From Marivita sp. (GTDB lineage: Bacteria; Pseudomonadota; Alphaproteobacteria; Rhodobacterales; Rhodobacteraceae), in NCBI RefSeq assembly GCF_965216415.1, contig NZ_CBDCFU010000001.1: a stretch of DNA of 64,000 nt; one strand, 5' to 3'. The position numbers and the translations under genes are program-made. The notes under the pieces are model-generated. The model had not been told where the DNA came from. It worked only from the letters and a program-made list of their open reading frames with translations, and did not search any database. Shown here piece after piece: positions 10,552 to 20,922 of this stretch. Positions within the stretch are counted from its first letter, which is position 1; every line of letters begins with the position of its first letter.

Positions 10552-11147
10552 TCACCGTCTTCCTTCACATCGTCGAGATCACGGCCGGACTGAACCGACA
10601 GCGGCTCGGTTGACACAGGGTTGCGTCGGGCGTCCGCATCGTCGTCATCCATCTTGACCAAGAGCCACTTATCCTTGTCGTCGTCGATCCGTTGAAGTGC
10701 GTATCCGCCTCGGATCTTTTCGCCATGCAGCTGCACGAGGACGTGACCCTCATCGAGCGCGTCGCGCATTGGGCGTAGGCCGTCCTCTTCCTTGGTGATA
10801 TTGTTGTATATGCCACGATCCCATATCAGGACGGTACCGCCACCGTATTCACCCTCGGGGATTACGCCCTCAAACCCTGCATAGTCCAGCGGGTGGTCCT
10901 CGGTGGCGATGGCCAGCCGCTTGTCCCGCGGATCGATCGACGGTCCCTTGGGCACGGCCCAACTCTTCAGCACGCCGTCCACTTCAAGGCGAAAATCATA
11001 ATGCAGGCTGCTGGCGTCGTGCTTCTGGATCACAAAGCAGGGCGCTTCGGTGCCTGATGTCGCATCTCCCTGAGGCTCACCGCTTCGCGAGAAGTTGCGT
11101 TTCGACCGGTAGTCTTCAAGTCTATCGGATTTATCTTCCTCTCCCAT
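10548..11147 (-). CDS. Stand-alone LigD 3'-phosphoesterase (PE) module
   Basis: 'FVIQKHDASSLHYDFRLEVDGVLKSWAVPKGPS', 'EDHPLDY', 'GEYGGGTVLIWDRG'. Confidence 0.92.
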   Translation of the reverse strand: MGEEDKSDRLEDYRSKRNFSRSGEPQGDATSGTEAPCFVIQKHDASSLHYDFRLEVDGVLKSWAVPKGPSIDPRDKRLAIATEDHPLDYAGFEGVIPEGEYGGGTVLIWDRGIYNNITKEEDGLRPMRDALDEGHVLVQLHGEKIRGGYALQRIDDDKDKWLLVKMDDDDADARRNPVSTEPLSVQSGRDLDDVKEDGE

Positions 11148-11368
11148 ATCCGCAATCTATCGCACCATAGTCGGAAATCAAAGCGACCGACCCCGCAGGC
11201 CTCGGCGCAAGCTGTCAATCGCTTGAGTTTGGGCTGTCGGACGCCTTGCCTGTGATCGGTGGGGCCGTGGTCGTGATTGCCTGCACCTGCATCACATGGC
11301 TGTCGTCGTCCCTGACGCTTTGAAGAGCCACGTTGACCGTGAAGCCGGGTTGTTTCCTCGGCAAGAGA

Positions 11369-12589
11369 TCACCCCATTGCGACTTGCCCGATCAGGGCTG
11401 CGACGCAAACAGCAACGCCGACGACTGGCACGGCTGGCCAGATATCAGGTACGTCCTCTGGCTGCGATCGTTTTTTCATGACGATCAGCGAGGCATTGAC
11501 GCCGGCGAAGACGAGCAGGATCGCGTAACTCGTGATGGTGGCCAGCTGCTTGAGCGGCACGAACAGCGCCAGGACCAGGATGATCGCGCCAATGATCAGT
11601 GTTGCCAGAACAGGGGTCTTCGTTCGGGCGTTCACCTTACCGAGGATTTGTGGCGCGCCGCGCTTATCGCGGCCGATATCGTAGAGAAGCCGCGCTGACG
11701 CGATCAGCTGTGTCAACGCGCTGTTCGCGATAACTGCGAGACTGGCGATGGCGACTGGCATCACCTGCCACCCCTCTCGTCCGACCGCGCGCACCAACGG
11801 CGCCTCAGCATCAACCAGTTCTTCGAGATCGCCCGCACCCACAAGCGCCATGGAGATCGCTAAGTAGAACACAAAGACGATGGCCAGCGACAAGAGCATC
11901 GCCTGCGGCATCACCCGCTTCACATCGCGGACTTCCTCAGCCGTCTGCGCCATGTCCCCAAAGCCGATGAAGGAATAGATCGCCAGAAAGGCCGCGCCGA
12001 ACAGAGCGGGCGCCATGGCACCGTCAAAATCGGTTATGGAATTCGCGATCTCGCTCGGAGACGCCAGTAGTCCGTCACGCAGCACCCAGAGGACGAAGAG
12101 TAGCGTTCCCATCCCGATCAACGTCGTCGCGGTCATCAGCCAGGCGCTTTCTTTCATGCCGACCGCCGAAACTGCGATGATCGCGCCCAGAAATGCTATC
12201 GTCGCCACCCATGGCGTGACATCAATGAAACTCGACATGTACGCCACAAAGCCCGTGGTGATCGTCGCTGCAGAAACGACATTAGCTGTCATCAGGGCCC
12301 AGCCCGTCCAAGACCCGAGCCATCGTCTGCCGAATGCGCGTTCCACATAATCAATCGGCCCCCCGGCCGTTGGAAAACGAGCGGCCATTTCCGAGTAGCT
12401 GAGCGCCGTCGTGATAGCGACAACCGCAGCCATGAGATAAGCCAGCGGTGAAAGACCTCCAGCCTCTCCGAGGACTTCGCCGATAACAACGAAGATCCCG
12501 GCGCCTAGGATGGTCCCCGTGCCATAAAAGATCAAAGGTATGAGCCCGACCTCTCGCGCCAGATCATCTCTCTTGTCTTGCTGTCCCAT
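11369..12589 (-). CDS. APC-family amino acid permease
   Basis: 'GTGTILGAGIF', 'YSEMAARFPTAGG', 'AEEVRD' motifs; many TM segments. Confidence 0.88.
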   Translation of the reverse strand: MGQQDKRDDLAREVGLIPLIFYGTGTILGAGIFVVIGEVLGEAGGLSPLAYLMAAVVAITTALSYSEMAARFPTAGGPIDYVERAFGRRWLGSWTGWALMTANVVSAATITTGFVAYMSSFIDVTPWVATIAFLGAIIAVSAVGMKESAWLMTATTLIGMGTLLFVLWVLRDGLLASPSEIANSITDFDGAMAPALFGAAFLAIYSFIGFGDMAQTAEEVRDVKRVMPQAMLLSLAIVFVFYLAISMALVGAGDLEELVDAEAPLVRAVGREGWQVMPVAIASLAVIANSALTQLIASARLLYDIGRDKRGAPQILGKVNARTKTPVLATLIIGAIILVLALFVPLKQLATITSYAILLVFAGVNASLIVMKKRSQPEDVPDIWPAVPVVGVAVCVAALIGQVAMG

Positions 12590-13214
12590 GCGTCTTGATC
12601 TCTGTATCCGGTTGCCTTTGACCTCTGTGAGGCCCGGTTAGTGGAAGTCTGCTGAAAAAACCATTCGCAGGTTCTTTCCCTTTATCGATGCCAGATCGTA
12701 GCCTGTCGGTGGTCATCTCGGGCATATTTGACGCCGTGGAGCACAGTGCAGCCGCACTGAGGGACCCCATTGCAGTAAATCTAACCAACCCTCTTGCTCC
12801 TCCCGCCCCTGGGAGCCTGAGATTAGAATCGAACGATGTGGGTCGCAGTATGAATGACACAATGCGGACCGCGAAGGACCGCGCTGCGGCTTTGAACTGT
12901 GATACCGGCAGCTTGGTATTGCCTGACAATCCGCCGCTGCGGCTAACCTCTGTGTGCGCAAAGCTCTGCTGCTGGAGTCCGGCCATGACAACGGCATCGT
13001 CCTGCTGCGGTTCCACTCCGGAACGGATACCGCGTCATGGCGGCATGTGGACTGTATGCCTTGGGGGCAGGTGCGGCAATCACCGTCGCTTGTCGAGCCG
13101 ACGTCGCCGGACGACACGATGCGCCACTGAAATTCGGCGTCTTTATCGCGCTTTAGGGCTGCGAAGTTGTAGTTGGTGCTACAAGAAATGTCTAAAAAAC
13201 CTCGCGCGCTAAGC

Positions 13215-14161
13215 GGCATGGGTTAAAGTTGTGAGCATGCCAGACGGATTCTCTGATAAGCAATCAACGCACTTTTTCGTGCTCCTGCCATTCGATGGAG
13301 AAGAAACAAACGCGGCATGAGGAGTTTCTCGTGGAGATGGATCCGGTTGTGCCGTTGCCACGGATTATGGTTTTGGTGCGATCCGCATTACCGGAAGGTC
13401 TAATCAAAGGGTGGACGACCACCGAAGCTCTTGGAAATGATGCTGAGCATGTATTCCCTCCAAAACTGGTATTCACTCAGCGACCCAATGTTCGAGGAGA
13501 TGCTGTACGACAGCGAAGCTCGTCGCCATTTCATGGGCATCACACTGGGTAATGATCGCATCCCTGACAAAGCAGCGATCTTGTACTGTCGCCAACTGCT
13601 GGTCCCTTTAGTTGAGCGAAAAGCTGTTTGTGGAGAGGACACTCACCTCACCGATCAAGGTATCACGCTGCGCTTGGGTACACTGATGAATACGACTATC
13701 GTTGATGCTGCGTGCGCGACCGTGAACAAGGCAAACGCGCTCGATCCCGAGATGTCGTCGACAAACAAGGCCAACAACTGGTATCTCGCCGTGAAAGCAC
13801 ATGTTGGCGTGGATGCTCTAAGCGAGATCGTATACAACTTAGAAACAACGACGACCAAGACGTAAGACAGTCAGGTTTGGGGTGACCCTCCACACGGTAC
13901 AGAAGCATCAGTCCGCGCCGACAAGGGTCATGTCAGCGTCCTAAGTATGGTGCCTGCAAGTTTTGGGGTGTGATGCGCAACGCGTCAAAGGACAGTGCGC
14001 TGAATCTTGGATGAAGACATCAATCGGATCATCGCGATTGTGGCGGCGCGGGTCGAGCATCCCTTCCGGGTGATCAAGCGCCAGTTCGGATGCATTGAAC
14101 CGAACTTGGCGCAAACTTAGAGCGCGCTGACATACATCACGATCACTTGAATCAGGCTTCA
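13215..14161 (+). mobile_element. Decayed IS5-family element (frameshifted transposase)
   Basis: 'KKQTRHEEFLVEM', 'LQNWYSLSDP..EEMLYD', 'KAHVGVD', 'RVEHPFRVIKRQFG' in different frames; boundaries approximate. Confidence 0.85.
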
Positions 14162-14236
14162 TGACGGAACAGCGTTCCGCACCAAGGACTGTTTCTGTAA
14201 CCTGCTAGACATGTAAACAACACGCATCTGATGTTT

Positions 14237-14440
14237 TCATTCATCGAGAAGGAAAGTTACTTCCATATTGACCCGGTAGCCTTTGATCGAGCCATCTTGG
14301 ACTTGGACGTTCATGTCCTTTACCCAGCAACCCTCGACGTTTCTCAAGGTTTGGTTTGCACGTTCAATCCCTTGACGAACAGCGTCATCAAAGCTCTGCG
14401 GTGAAGTTGCGGAAATTTCGGTTACGCGTGCAATAGACAT
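14237..14440 (-). CDS. Dodecin-family flavin-binding protein
   Basis: 'MSIARVTEISATSPQSFDDAVRQG...YRVNMEVTF'; GAGGAG RBS. Confidence 0.9.
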   Translation of the reverse strand: MSIARVTEISATSPQSFDDAVRQGIERANQTLRNVEGCWVKDMNVQVQDGSIKGYRVNMEVTFLLDE

Positions 14441-14468
14441 AGTGTATCTCCTCTTTGCTCTTAGGAAC

Positions 14469-14493
14469 AACGAAAGCAAAGATGGACAGTTCC
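14469..14493 (-). promoter_or_regulatory. Sigma-EcfG-type promoter of dodecin
   Basis: GGAAC-N16-CGTT on minus strand. Confidence 0.7.
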
Positions 14494-14530
14494 AAAAAAT
14501 TTATCCAAAGGGTGGCTCGCGCTTCCAGAC

Positions 14531-14745
14531 CGTTCGGGCAAGGATTGGACCGACGGTTTCGCAGCGTTTTACGCAGGGCTTAGCCCGGAGAAGGGGCGCT
14601 CATTGATGGTGAGGTGATTGCCAAGCGGATCGGCCTTTTCGTCGCTGGAATCGGCCCCTGAGGTTTTCGCGAATACCTGCCTCGCGGAGGCCAAAGGCAT
14701 TATCTCGAAACGCGCCGAAGCACTCTATCTTGGACGCATCGGCAC
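14531..14745 (+). pseudogene. Second, heavily deleted ATP-dependent DNA ligase (LigD-type) remnant
   Basis: Successive frames give 'RSGKDWTDGF', 'ALIDGEVIA', 'SAFSSLE', 'KGIISKRAEALY'. Confidence 0.55.
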
Positions 14746-14800
14746 CAGCGTTCACGAAGCGGACATGAACGCGGTTCACCGACCATCGCACCCTATTCGC

Positions 14801-15080
14801 TTACGGCCGGCCGCGCCGGTGGCCGTTCTGGTGAGGTGGGAGGACCTTGAAACGTTTGATATATTCCGCGACCTAGGACATGTGATCCCTTTGATTGTCG
14901 GAAAGATCATCCTTGTTCGTGTCCCTGATCTTGATGATGCGTCGCACTGACTCGTGGACCGTGCTCTCGTCCTCGTCGTTGTCACCAACAGATCTCGACT
15001 CCTCAATTTTTACCCAGTCTCACAGTTCGGATGTGGTCATTTTGACCAGTGCCTGCCACTCGTTCCAGATTTCTGACTTT
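14801..15080 (-). pseudogene. DUF3140-family protein pseudogene
   Basis: 'IWNEWQALVKMTTSEL*DWVKIEESRSVG..ESTVHESVRRIIKI..KDDLSD..DHMS*VAEYIKR'; in-frame stops at 15022 and 14875. Confidence 0.7.
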
Positions 15081-15351
15081 TATTTGGATGAAGATATGTG
15101 TGCTTCTGAAAAGTCCGTGTGTTGCAGAGCGAAGCTCACATTAACGAAAGGTTCCCGGCGTAATCCAACCAATCCAAGCTCTTGCGGCCGGCTCACCGTG
15201 GCGCTGTGCGATGCGCTTGCGCAGCCAGATGGGCTGTGTATCGGCGCACATGGCGAACCCGCCCAACCGTGCTTGGCAACACCGTGCCACTGCCAGATGA
15301 CCCTTACCGCTAAGCCCGAGTCACGCGCAAACATCGCCCTAGCCGGACGCG

Positions 15352-16017
15352 TCAGCCATCCTCCTCGGACTCGGGCCAAAACATGGCGTCCATTTCGTCC
15401 TGTGCTTCCGGCGCGACGGCGACGATCAGCACATCTTTGGCTTTGAGTTTCGTGTCACCCGTGGCCAGCCGATTTTCCTCGCCGCGCGTCAGCGCGATGA
15501 CCCGCGTGGCTTTGGGCAGGTCAAGATCATTGACCGTCATTCCCTCATGGTCTTCGCTCATCGGGTAGCCCAGTACATCAAACCCCTGATGCGAGCGCAG
15601 ATCCAGCGATGCATCATGCCGCGTTTCCAGCGTGTGCACGATGGACCGCGCTACAGTAGCATGCGGCGTGATCAGATTCTCCAGCCCCAGCGCATCGCAG
15701 ACCGCCAACAATTCGCGCCGAACGATCTGCGGCACGACACGCTCGAACCCCACAGACTGGCCCACCAGCGCGGCAAGGATGTTCACATCATCCACATTGG
15801 TCAGCGCCACCAGCGCATCAGCCCCGTCGCCATAGGCGTTGCGCAGTACCGAGGGCAGAGAGCCATCGCCCTCCAGCAGCCCAGCATCCAGCTCTTCAGA
15901 CAGTGCTGAAAGACGATCGCCATCATGATCGATCAGCACCACCTCGTGCCCCGCCTCGATCAGCCGTTCGGCAGTGGCCACCCCAAAGCGCGAAGCGCCC
16001 ACAATTACGATGCGCAT
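15352..16017 (-). CDS. trkA: TrkA/KtrA-type K+ uptake regulatory subunit (single RCK_N + RCK_C)
   Basis: 'MRIVIVGASRFG', 'GDGS', 'DALVALT..DDVNI'; follows trkH. Confidence 0.88.
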   Translation of the reverse strand: MRIVIVGASRFGVATAERLIEAGHEVVLIDHDGDRLSALSEELDAGLLEGDGSLPSVLRNAYGDGADALVALTNVDDVNILAALVGQSVGFERVVPQIVRRELLAVCDALGLENLITPHATVARSIVHTLETRHDASLDLRSHQGFDVLGYPMSEDHEGMTVNDLDLPKATRVIALTRGEENRLATGDTKLKAKDVLIVAVAPEAQDEMDAMFWPESEEDG

Positions 16018-16026
16018 GTCTTTCTC

Positions 16027-17478
16027 CTATCTGTGAAAAGGGGCCCATGTGCCGGGTGACAGAACAGCAATGAGCGTCACAAATTCCAACCGCCCAAGTA
16101 ACATCGCAGCGGCTAAGACGAGTTTCAGCGGCCACGCCAGATCGGGACCGGTCGCCCCTAGGCTCAGGCCAACGGTCGAAAGCGCCGATACCGTGTCGAA
16201 CAGGGCCGACATCGGGTCGATGCCGCCTAGGCATAACAGCGCCCAGACGATCAGCATCGACGCTGCATACAGGCACAGCACTGCCCCCAGAGCCACCAGC
16301 TTTGCCGCATCGACCCGGCGGCTGTTTTCCTTGAGCGGCATGACAGCACCCGGCGGGGCCTTCATCCGCAACAGCGCCACGCCGACCATGCGGCCCAATG
16401 TGGCAACACGTTCAGCCTTGACGCCGCCGGCGGTCGATCCGCTGCCGCCGCCCACCACCATCGCAGCCAGGATTGCCGCCATGACCGGTACTATGGCACC
16501 GGGATCGCCGACGCTGAACCCCGCAGTGGTTACGCCCGAGACCATATTGATCGTCGCATCCACAGCGTCGTTAAAGCTCGCTCCGCTGGCCAAGGCCAGA
16601 ACAAAGGCAAGCACCGTGGCCAAGGCTATCCCGCCCAGCACCAGCCTCGCATTCGTTCCGGTCAGGGCCTTTTTCATCCCGTCTCGCCAGAATACGATAT
16701 AGGCCATCAGCGACACGGTCGTCGCCACGCAGACTATCATCGTTGCGACTTGCGCCATGCGCGAGTAGCTCTCCAGACTGTCTGGGCGCGGAGTAAACCC
16801 GCCGGTGGAAACGGCTGTCAACGCAATGGCAACCGCCTCCCACCACGTCGGAAACAGTGGCATGAAGCCCAGCACTGCAATCCCCGTCAGCGCGCCGTAG
16901 ACAACCAGCAGCCTACGCGCCTGAACCCTAGTCGAGGACAGGATGTCCTGATCATCAATCCCAGTGCGGCCCAGTGTGCTTGCGGTCGATCGTGCACTTA
17001 CGGGACCGAGGATCAGCGCCACTCCCGCCACAGCGATGGCAAAACCGCCCGCCCATTGCATCCAACCACGCAAAGCATGACCCGTCAAAGGCCAGTCCAT
17101 CGTGCCGGACGCCACCGTCAAACCGGTTGACGTTATGGCCGAAACGCTTTCGAAGATAGCATCGACCAGCGGCAATCCCAGCATCATATAGGCTGGCACC
17201 GCAAGTGCTGCGACGCCGACAAACAGCATCACCAGGACAGCCGCAGCCTCGATCCCGCGCAAGTCGCGCGGCGGTGTGACCCGCGTGGCGCACAAAGCCG
17301 CGATCACAACCGCCAGCAGAGGCAGGCCGAGCGCGCGCACCAGCGGCCATGCTTGTTCGGCCAGCGCCACTGCAAACGGCAGCGCCAACACCATTCCCAC
17401 CACGTGAGCCTGAGAAAGCACCGCAGCCATCACCGCGCCAGGCCGGGCCGTCCATGCCACGCTGGCTTGTCCGTTCAT
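16027..17478 (-). CDS. trkH: TrkH-family K+ uptake membrane protein
   Basis: Four filter motifs (SAITSTGL, AVSTGGF, GVTTAGF, ALSTVGL); 'GGGSGSTAGGVK', 'MLLGRLE'. Confidence 0.9.
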   Translation of the reverse strand: MNGQASVAWTARPGAVMAAVLSQAHVVGMVLALPFAVALAEQAWPLVRALGLPLLAVVIAALCATRVTPPRDLRGIEAAAVLVMLFVGVAALAVPAYMMLGLPLVDAIFESVSAITSTGLTVASGTMDWPLTGHALRGWMQWAGGFAIAVAGVALILGPVSARSTASTLGRTGIDDQDILSSTRVQARRLLVVYGALTGIAVLGFMPLFPTWWEAVAIALTAVSTGGFTPRPDSLESYSRMAQVATMIVCVATTVSLMAYIVFWRDGMKKALTGTNARLVLGGIALATVLAFVLALASGASFNDAVDATINMVSGVTTAGFSVGDPGAIVPVMAAILAAMVVGGGSGSTAGGVKAERVATLGRMVGVALLRMKAPPGAVMPLKENSRRVDAAKLVALGAVLCLYAASMLIVWALLCLGGIDPMSALFDTVSALSTVGLSLGATGPDLAWPLKLVLAAAMLLGRLEFVTLIAVLSPGTWAPFHR

Positions 17479-17509
17479 CGCAATTCCTTTGCATCACGCA
17501 TCACAGTGA

Positions 17510-17535
17510 AACACCTTGCCCGCCCTATCTGTTCC
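17510..17535 (-). promoter_or_regulatory. Sigma-EcfG-like promoter of trkH-trkA
   Basis: GGAAC-N17-TGTT. Confidence 0.5.
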
Positions 17536-17543
17536 CGCTTTCG

Positions 17544-17568
17544 TGAACAAAACGCCGCCTTTCGCGTT
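17544..17568 (+). promoter_or_regulatory. Sigma-EcfG-like promoter of Na/Ca antiporter
   Basis: TGAAC-N16-CGTT, 8 nt before ATG. Confidence 0.5.
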
Positions 17569-17576
17569 GCCCTCTC

Positions 17577-18617
17577 ATGTTTGACGCGCTTTCCACCTCC
17601 CTTCTTCTCGGTCTTTTCACCATCGCGGCGCTTGTCATCGCTGTCGGTGGCACCCGCATGACCGGCATGGCCGATCGGTTGGCCGACCGAACAGGATTTG
17701 GCGAGGCACTGGTCGGAGGTGTCCTCCTGGGGGCGGCCACCTCGCTGTCGGGCACGCTCGTGTCACTGACCTCGGCGCTGGACGGACGCGCCTCTCTGGC
17801 CTTTTCCAACGGTATCGGCGGCATCGCGGCGCAGACCGCTTTTCTGGCCGTGGCCGACCTGATCTATCGTCGCGCCAATCTGGAACACGCCGCCGCCGAT
17901 CTGGCCAATGTCTTTCAAGCTTCGTTGCTGATCGTGATGTTGGGTATTCCGCTGCTGGCGTGGGCCACACCGGAATATGCAATCCTTGGCCTGCATCCCG
18001 GCTCTTTCGCCATACTCGCGATTTATATCGCAGGCGTGCGCGCTTCCCACCGCCTGCGGCAGGATCCTACATGGGAGCCCGTGGACACCCATGAGACACA
18101 GCTGGATGAACCAGACGAGCCTGCAACCAGCGACAACACCACTTGGGGGTTGGCGCTGACATTCGGCACGCTGATGCTGTTCACCGGCGTCTCGGGATAC
18201 GTCATTGCCAAATCGGCGGGTGTTCTGGTGGACCGCTGGGGTATTTCCGCCTCGGTCATCGGGGCGCTGGCCACAGCGGTCGTAACCTCCCTGCCAGAGC
18301 TTGTGACCACCCTCGCCGCCGTGCGCCGCGGCGCGCTGCAACTGGCCGTAGGCGGCATCATCGGCGGCAACACGTTTGACATGCTTTTCCTGACCGTGTC
18401 GGACGCAGGCTACCGGGACGGCTCACTCTATCACGCGATCGGACGGGCCGACCTGTTCTGGCTGGTGGTTGGGCTGCTGATGACATCGGTGATGATGCTG
18501 GGTCTGCTCCATCGGCAAGAAAAGGGCATCGGTAATATCGGCTGGGAAAGCGTCTCGATGCTGACGATCTACGTGGGTGCGATCCTGATTGCGGCACTGA
18601 CGCCTCTGGCGGTTTGA
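17577..18617 (+). CDS. Sodium:calcium antiporter (CaCA family)
   Basis: Two alpha repeats 'ATSLSGTLVS' and 'VTSLPELVTT...GIIGGNTF'. Confidence 0.88.
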   Translation: MFDALSTSLLLGLFTIAALVIAVGGTRMTGMADRLADRTGFGEALVGGVLLGAATSLSGTLVSLTSALDGRASLAFSNGIGGIAAQTAFLAVADLIYRRANLEHAAADLANVFQASLLIVMLGIPLLAWATPEYAILGLHPGSFAILAIYIAGVRASHRLRQDPTWEPVDTHETQLDEPDEPATSDNTTWGLALTFGTLMLFTGVSGYVIAKSAGVLVDRWGISASVIGALATAVVTSLPELVTTLAAVRRGALQLAVGGIIGGNTFDMLFLTVSDAGYRDGSLYHAIGRADLFWLVVGLLMTSVMMLGLLHRQEKGIGNIGWESVSMLTIYVGAILIAALTPLAV

Positions 18618-18709
18618 GTCGCGCATTATCGGGTTTCGCTGTAGCAAAGCATGGCTTTGAGCCACTTGCGATATCCTAGAAACATGCGCGCGACGCCCGA
18701 ACGCCGCAC

Positions 18710-18741
18710 AAAAAAGAGCCGCCGGAGTGATCCCCGGCGGT
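18710..18741 (-). terminator. Intrinsic terminator after degP
   Basis: ccgccgg-(loop)-ccggcgg followed by ctcttttttg on minus strand. Confidence 0.75.
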
Positions 18742-18765
18742 GCTGTTTCTGTTTCTATCCCGGTC

Positions 18766-20217
18766 TCAGCCTTCTTGCGTCTCGCTGTCATCCAGCGCGA
18801 CGGGCACAAAGCTGTAGCTGCCGTTCCGCCAGACGCGCACCAACAGCGGACGGTCCGCTTCGGCGGCCTCAACCGTCGCCTCGCGCAGCGCCTCGACACC
18901 TTCGATCGGTGCTCCGCCTACTTCGGCAATCACGTCACCTTGAGCAATTCCCGCTTCGGCAGCTGGCGATCCAGGCGAAACCTCTGCGACCAGAAGCCCG
19001 TTCACATCTTCAGGCACTCCGGCACGCCGTCTCGCCTCGCCCTGCAATGGGGCGACCGAAAGGCCAAGACGGGGCTCGGAGGGGTCGCTCTCGCTTTCCA
19101 TGGGGGGCGTAGCAGAGGCGAACAGATCGTCTGGTTGCTGTCCGATTTTGATCGAAATCTCCTGCGTCTCGCCATCGCGGATAACTGTCAGCGGTACTTC
19201 CGTTCCTGCATCCGCCCGCGCCACGGCAAAGGTTAGTGCGCGGGGGTCGTCGATGGCCTCGCCATCAACCGCCGTGATCACGTCACCGGCTTGCAGCCCG
19301 GCCTCATCTGCCGGTCCTCCGCTAGTAATATCAGCGATCAGAGCGCCATTGACATCCTCGGTCAGACCCAACGCCTCACCTAGATCGGCATCGACCGGCT
19401 GGATGCGCACACCGATATAGCCGCGTTGAACAAGACCGTCATCTTGAAGGTCCGCGACAATATCTCGTGCCACAACCGACGGCACGGCAAATCCGATGCC
19501 TACACTACCGCCCGAGGGCGAAAAGATCGCCGTGTTCACCCCGATGACCTCGCCAGAGGTGTTGAACAGCGGCCCGCCGGAATTGCCGGAGTTCACCGCT
19601 GCGTCGGTTTGCAGGAAGTTGTCATAGGGCCCGGAATTGATGTCGCGCGCCCGCGCTGACAAAATGCCAGCCGTAACGGTGCCATCAAGGCCAAAGGGGT
19701 TGCCGATAGCCACGACCCATTCGCCGATATCGGTCTCGGCTGAACTGCCCCAATCCACCGGTTCGGGCGCTTCATCGGCATCCATCCGAAGCAAGGCAAT
19801 ATCTGTGGCAGGGTCTGTGCCGACGATTTCGACCTCGTGCGTGCTGCCATCGTCAAGCTGCACCTCAACCGTTTCTGCGCCTTGCACCACATGGTTGTTG
19901 GTCACAATCAGGCCATCGTCCGACACCACAAAGCCCGAGCCCTGCGCACGGCGGGGGCGCTGGTTCTGCGGCTGCTGGCCAAAGAACTCTTCCATGCCCG
20001 GCGGCATCGTCGGCATGTTTCGCCGCGCGTTTTGCGCGGGCAGGTTCGACAGAACACCCACGACAGATGGCAACTTGTCCGCCACCATGTCCTCAAATCC
20101 GGCGGGCGTTTTGTAGGGGGCGGGGCTCTCCTGCGCAGGTACGGCGCTGCCAATGCCAAAGGCTGCGATCAGCGCAACGGCACTGGTGGCGTGACGAAGA
20201 TGGGTCGGAATATTCAT
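18766..20217 (-). CDS. degP: Do/DegP/DegQ-family periplasmic serine protease with two PDZ domains
   Basis: Triad motifs 'TNNHVV', 'TDIALL', 'NSGNSGGPL'; signal peptide; ATG 20217 after GGAGG. Confidence 0.92.
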   Translation of the reverse strand: MNIPTHLRHATSAVALIAAFGIGSAVPAQESPAPYKTPAGFEDMVADKLPSVVGVLSNLPAQNARRNMPTMPPGMEEFFGQQPQNQRPRRAQGSGFVVSDDGLIVTNNHVVQGAETVEVQLDDGSTHEVEIVGTDPATDIALLRMDADEAPEPVDWGSSAETDIGEWVVAIGNPFGLDGTVTAGILSARARDINSGPYDNFLQTDAAVNSGNSGGPLFNTSGEVIGVNTAIFSPSGGSVGIGFAVPSVVARDIVADLQDDGLVQRGYIGVRIQPVDADLGEALGLTEDVNGALIADITSGGPADEAGLQAGDVITAVDGEAIDDPRALTFAVARADAGTEVPLTVIRDGETQEISIKIGQQPDDLFASATPPMESESDPSEPRLGLSVAPLQGEARRRAGVPEDVNGLLVAEVSPGSPAAEAGIAQGDVIAEVGGAPIEGVEALREATVEAAEADRPLLVRVWRNGSYSFVPVALDDSETQEG

Positions 20218-20253
20218 TGCGTCCTCCATGACTACTGGTGGTCTTGTCCGGGC

Positions 20254-20279
20254 AATGCATCGGCAGTGCCGCACGTTCC
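20254..20279 (-). promoter_or_regulatory. Sigma-EcfG-like promoter of degP
   Basis: GGAAC-N17-CATT. Confidence 0.55.
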
Positions 20280-20922
20280 ATAACGAAACCGTGAACATAT
20301 GCTGCGCACCACCGCTTTTGCCGGTAAGCGACAGAAGCAAGGAACGGGTCAACATGGCCCCAGCGATCGTCCTAATTCGCTGGATCTGTTCATAATCGAC
20401 ATCCGTGTTGCCCGTACGAAAGCGGGCGATGTTCAGGTCGCGATGGGCCGCAGACTTATTTCATGCCCCCCTCACCCTGGTCCCAAATGATCACCCAAAG
20501 CTGAGTTGGCGAATTCGGGCGATTACCTGATCTAGACCGACCCTTACGCTTGAACCTGCAATTCAAGCGCGCGGTCGGCGGCACGAATTACGTTGCGCGG
20601 CGGCGACCGGGCGCCACCTACCAAATGACTGCCGCCTGAACTCTTTTTTGCGTGGTCCGGCGCGACTGACTCATCGGAGACGGGGATCTGAAGCGCTACT
20701 ATATCAACGCTGAAACCCGCATGGGTCGCCTCGCGCTCGATTTTTCTGTCGCCACCCGGCCTCAACTCCACTTTGACCGTCGCGGCGCTCGCGTTAAGCA
20801 CCGAGCCCGAGGTGCCGCGCCGCATCCGTGGCCCTGCCCGCCTAGGCGCAGAACTGCCCTAGCTGATGCCCTCCGGAACAGAGCCTGAAACCCACGCTAA
20901 CATCATCCGCCGCCTCGCGCCC

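Noticed and set aside
11150-12700. EcfG promoter for the APC permease or LigD genes
   Set aside because: No GGAAC-N16/17-SGTT match found upstream of either, although expected; CGAAC-N16-CGTC before czcD (8102-8126) was also too degenerate
12600-13215. Cys-rich ORFs 12713-13219 / 12564-13016 (possible GFA, receiver or Tn3 fragment)
   Set aside because: Only faint, mutually inconsistent resemblances; no RBS; cannot be supported without a search
20544-20825. 93-aa ORF possibly a universal stress protein relic
   Set aside because: Similarity limited to a few residues
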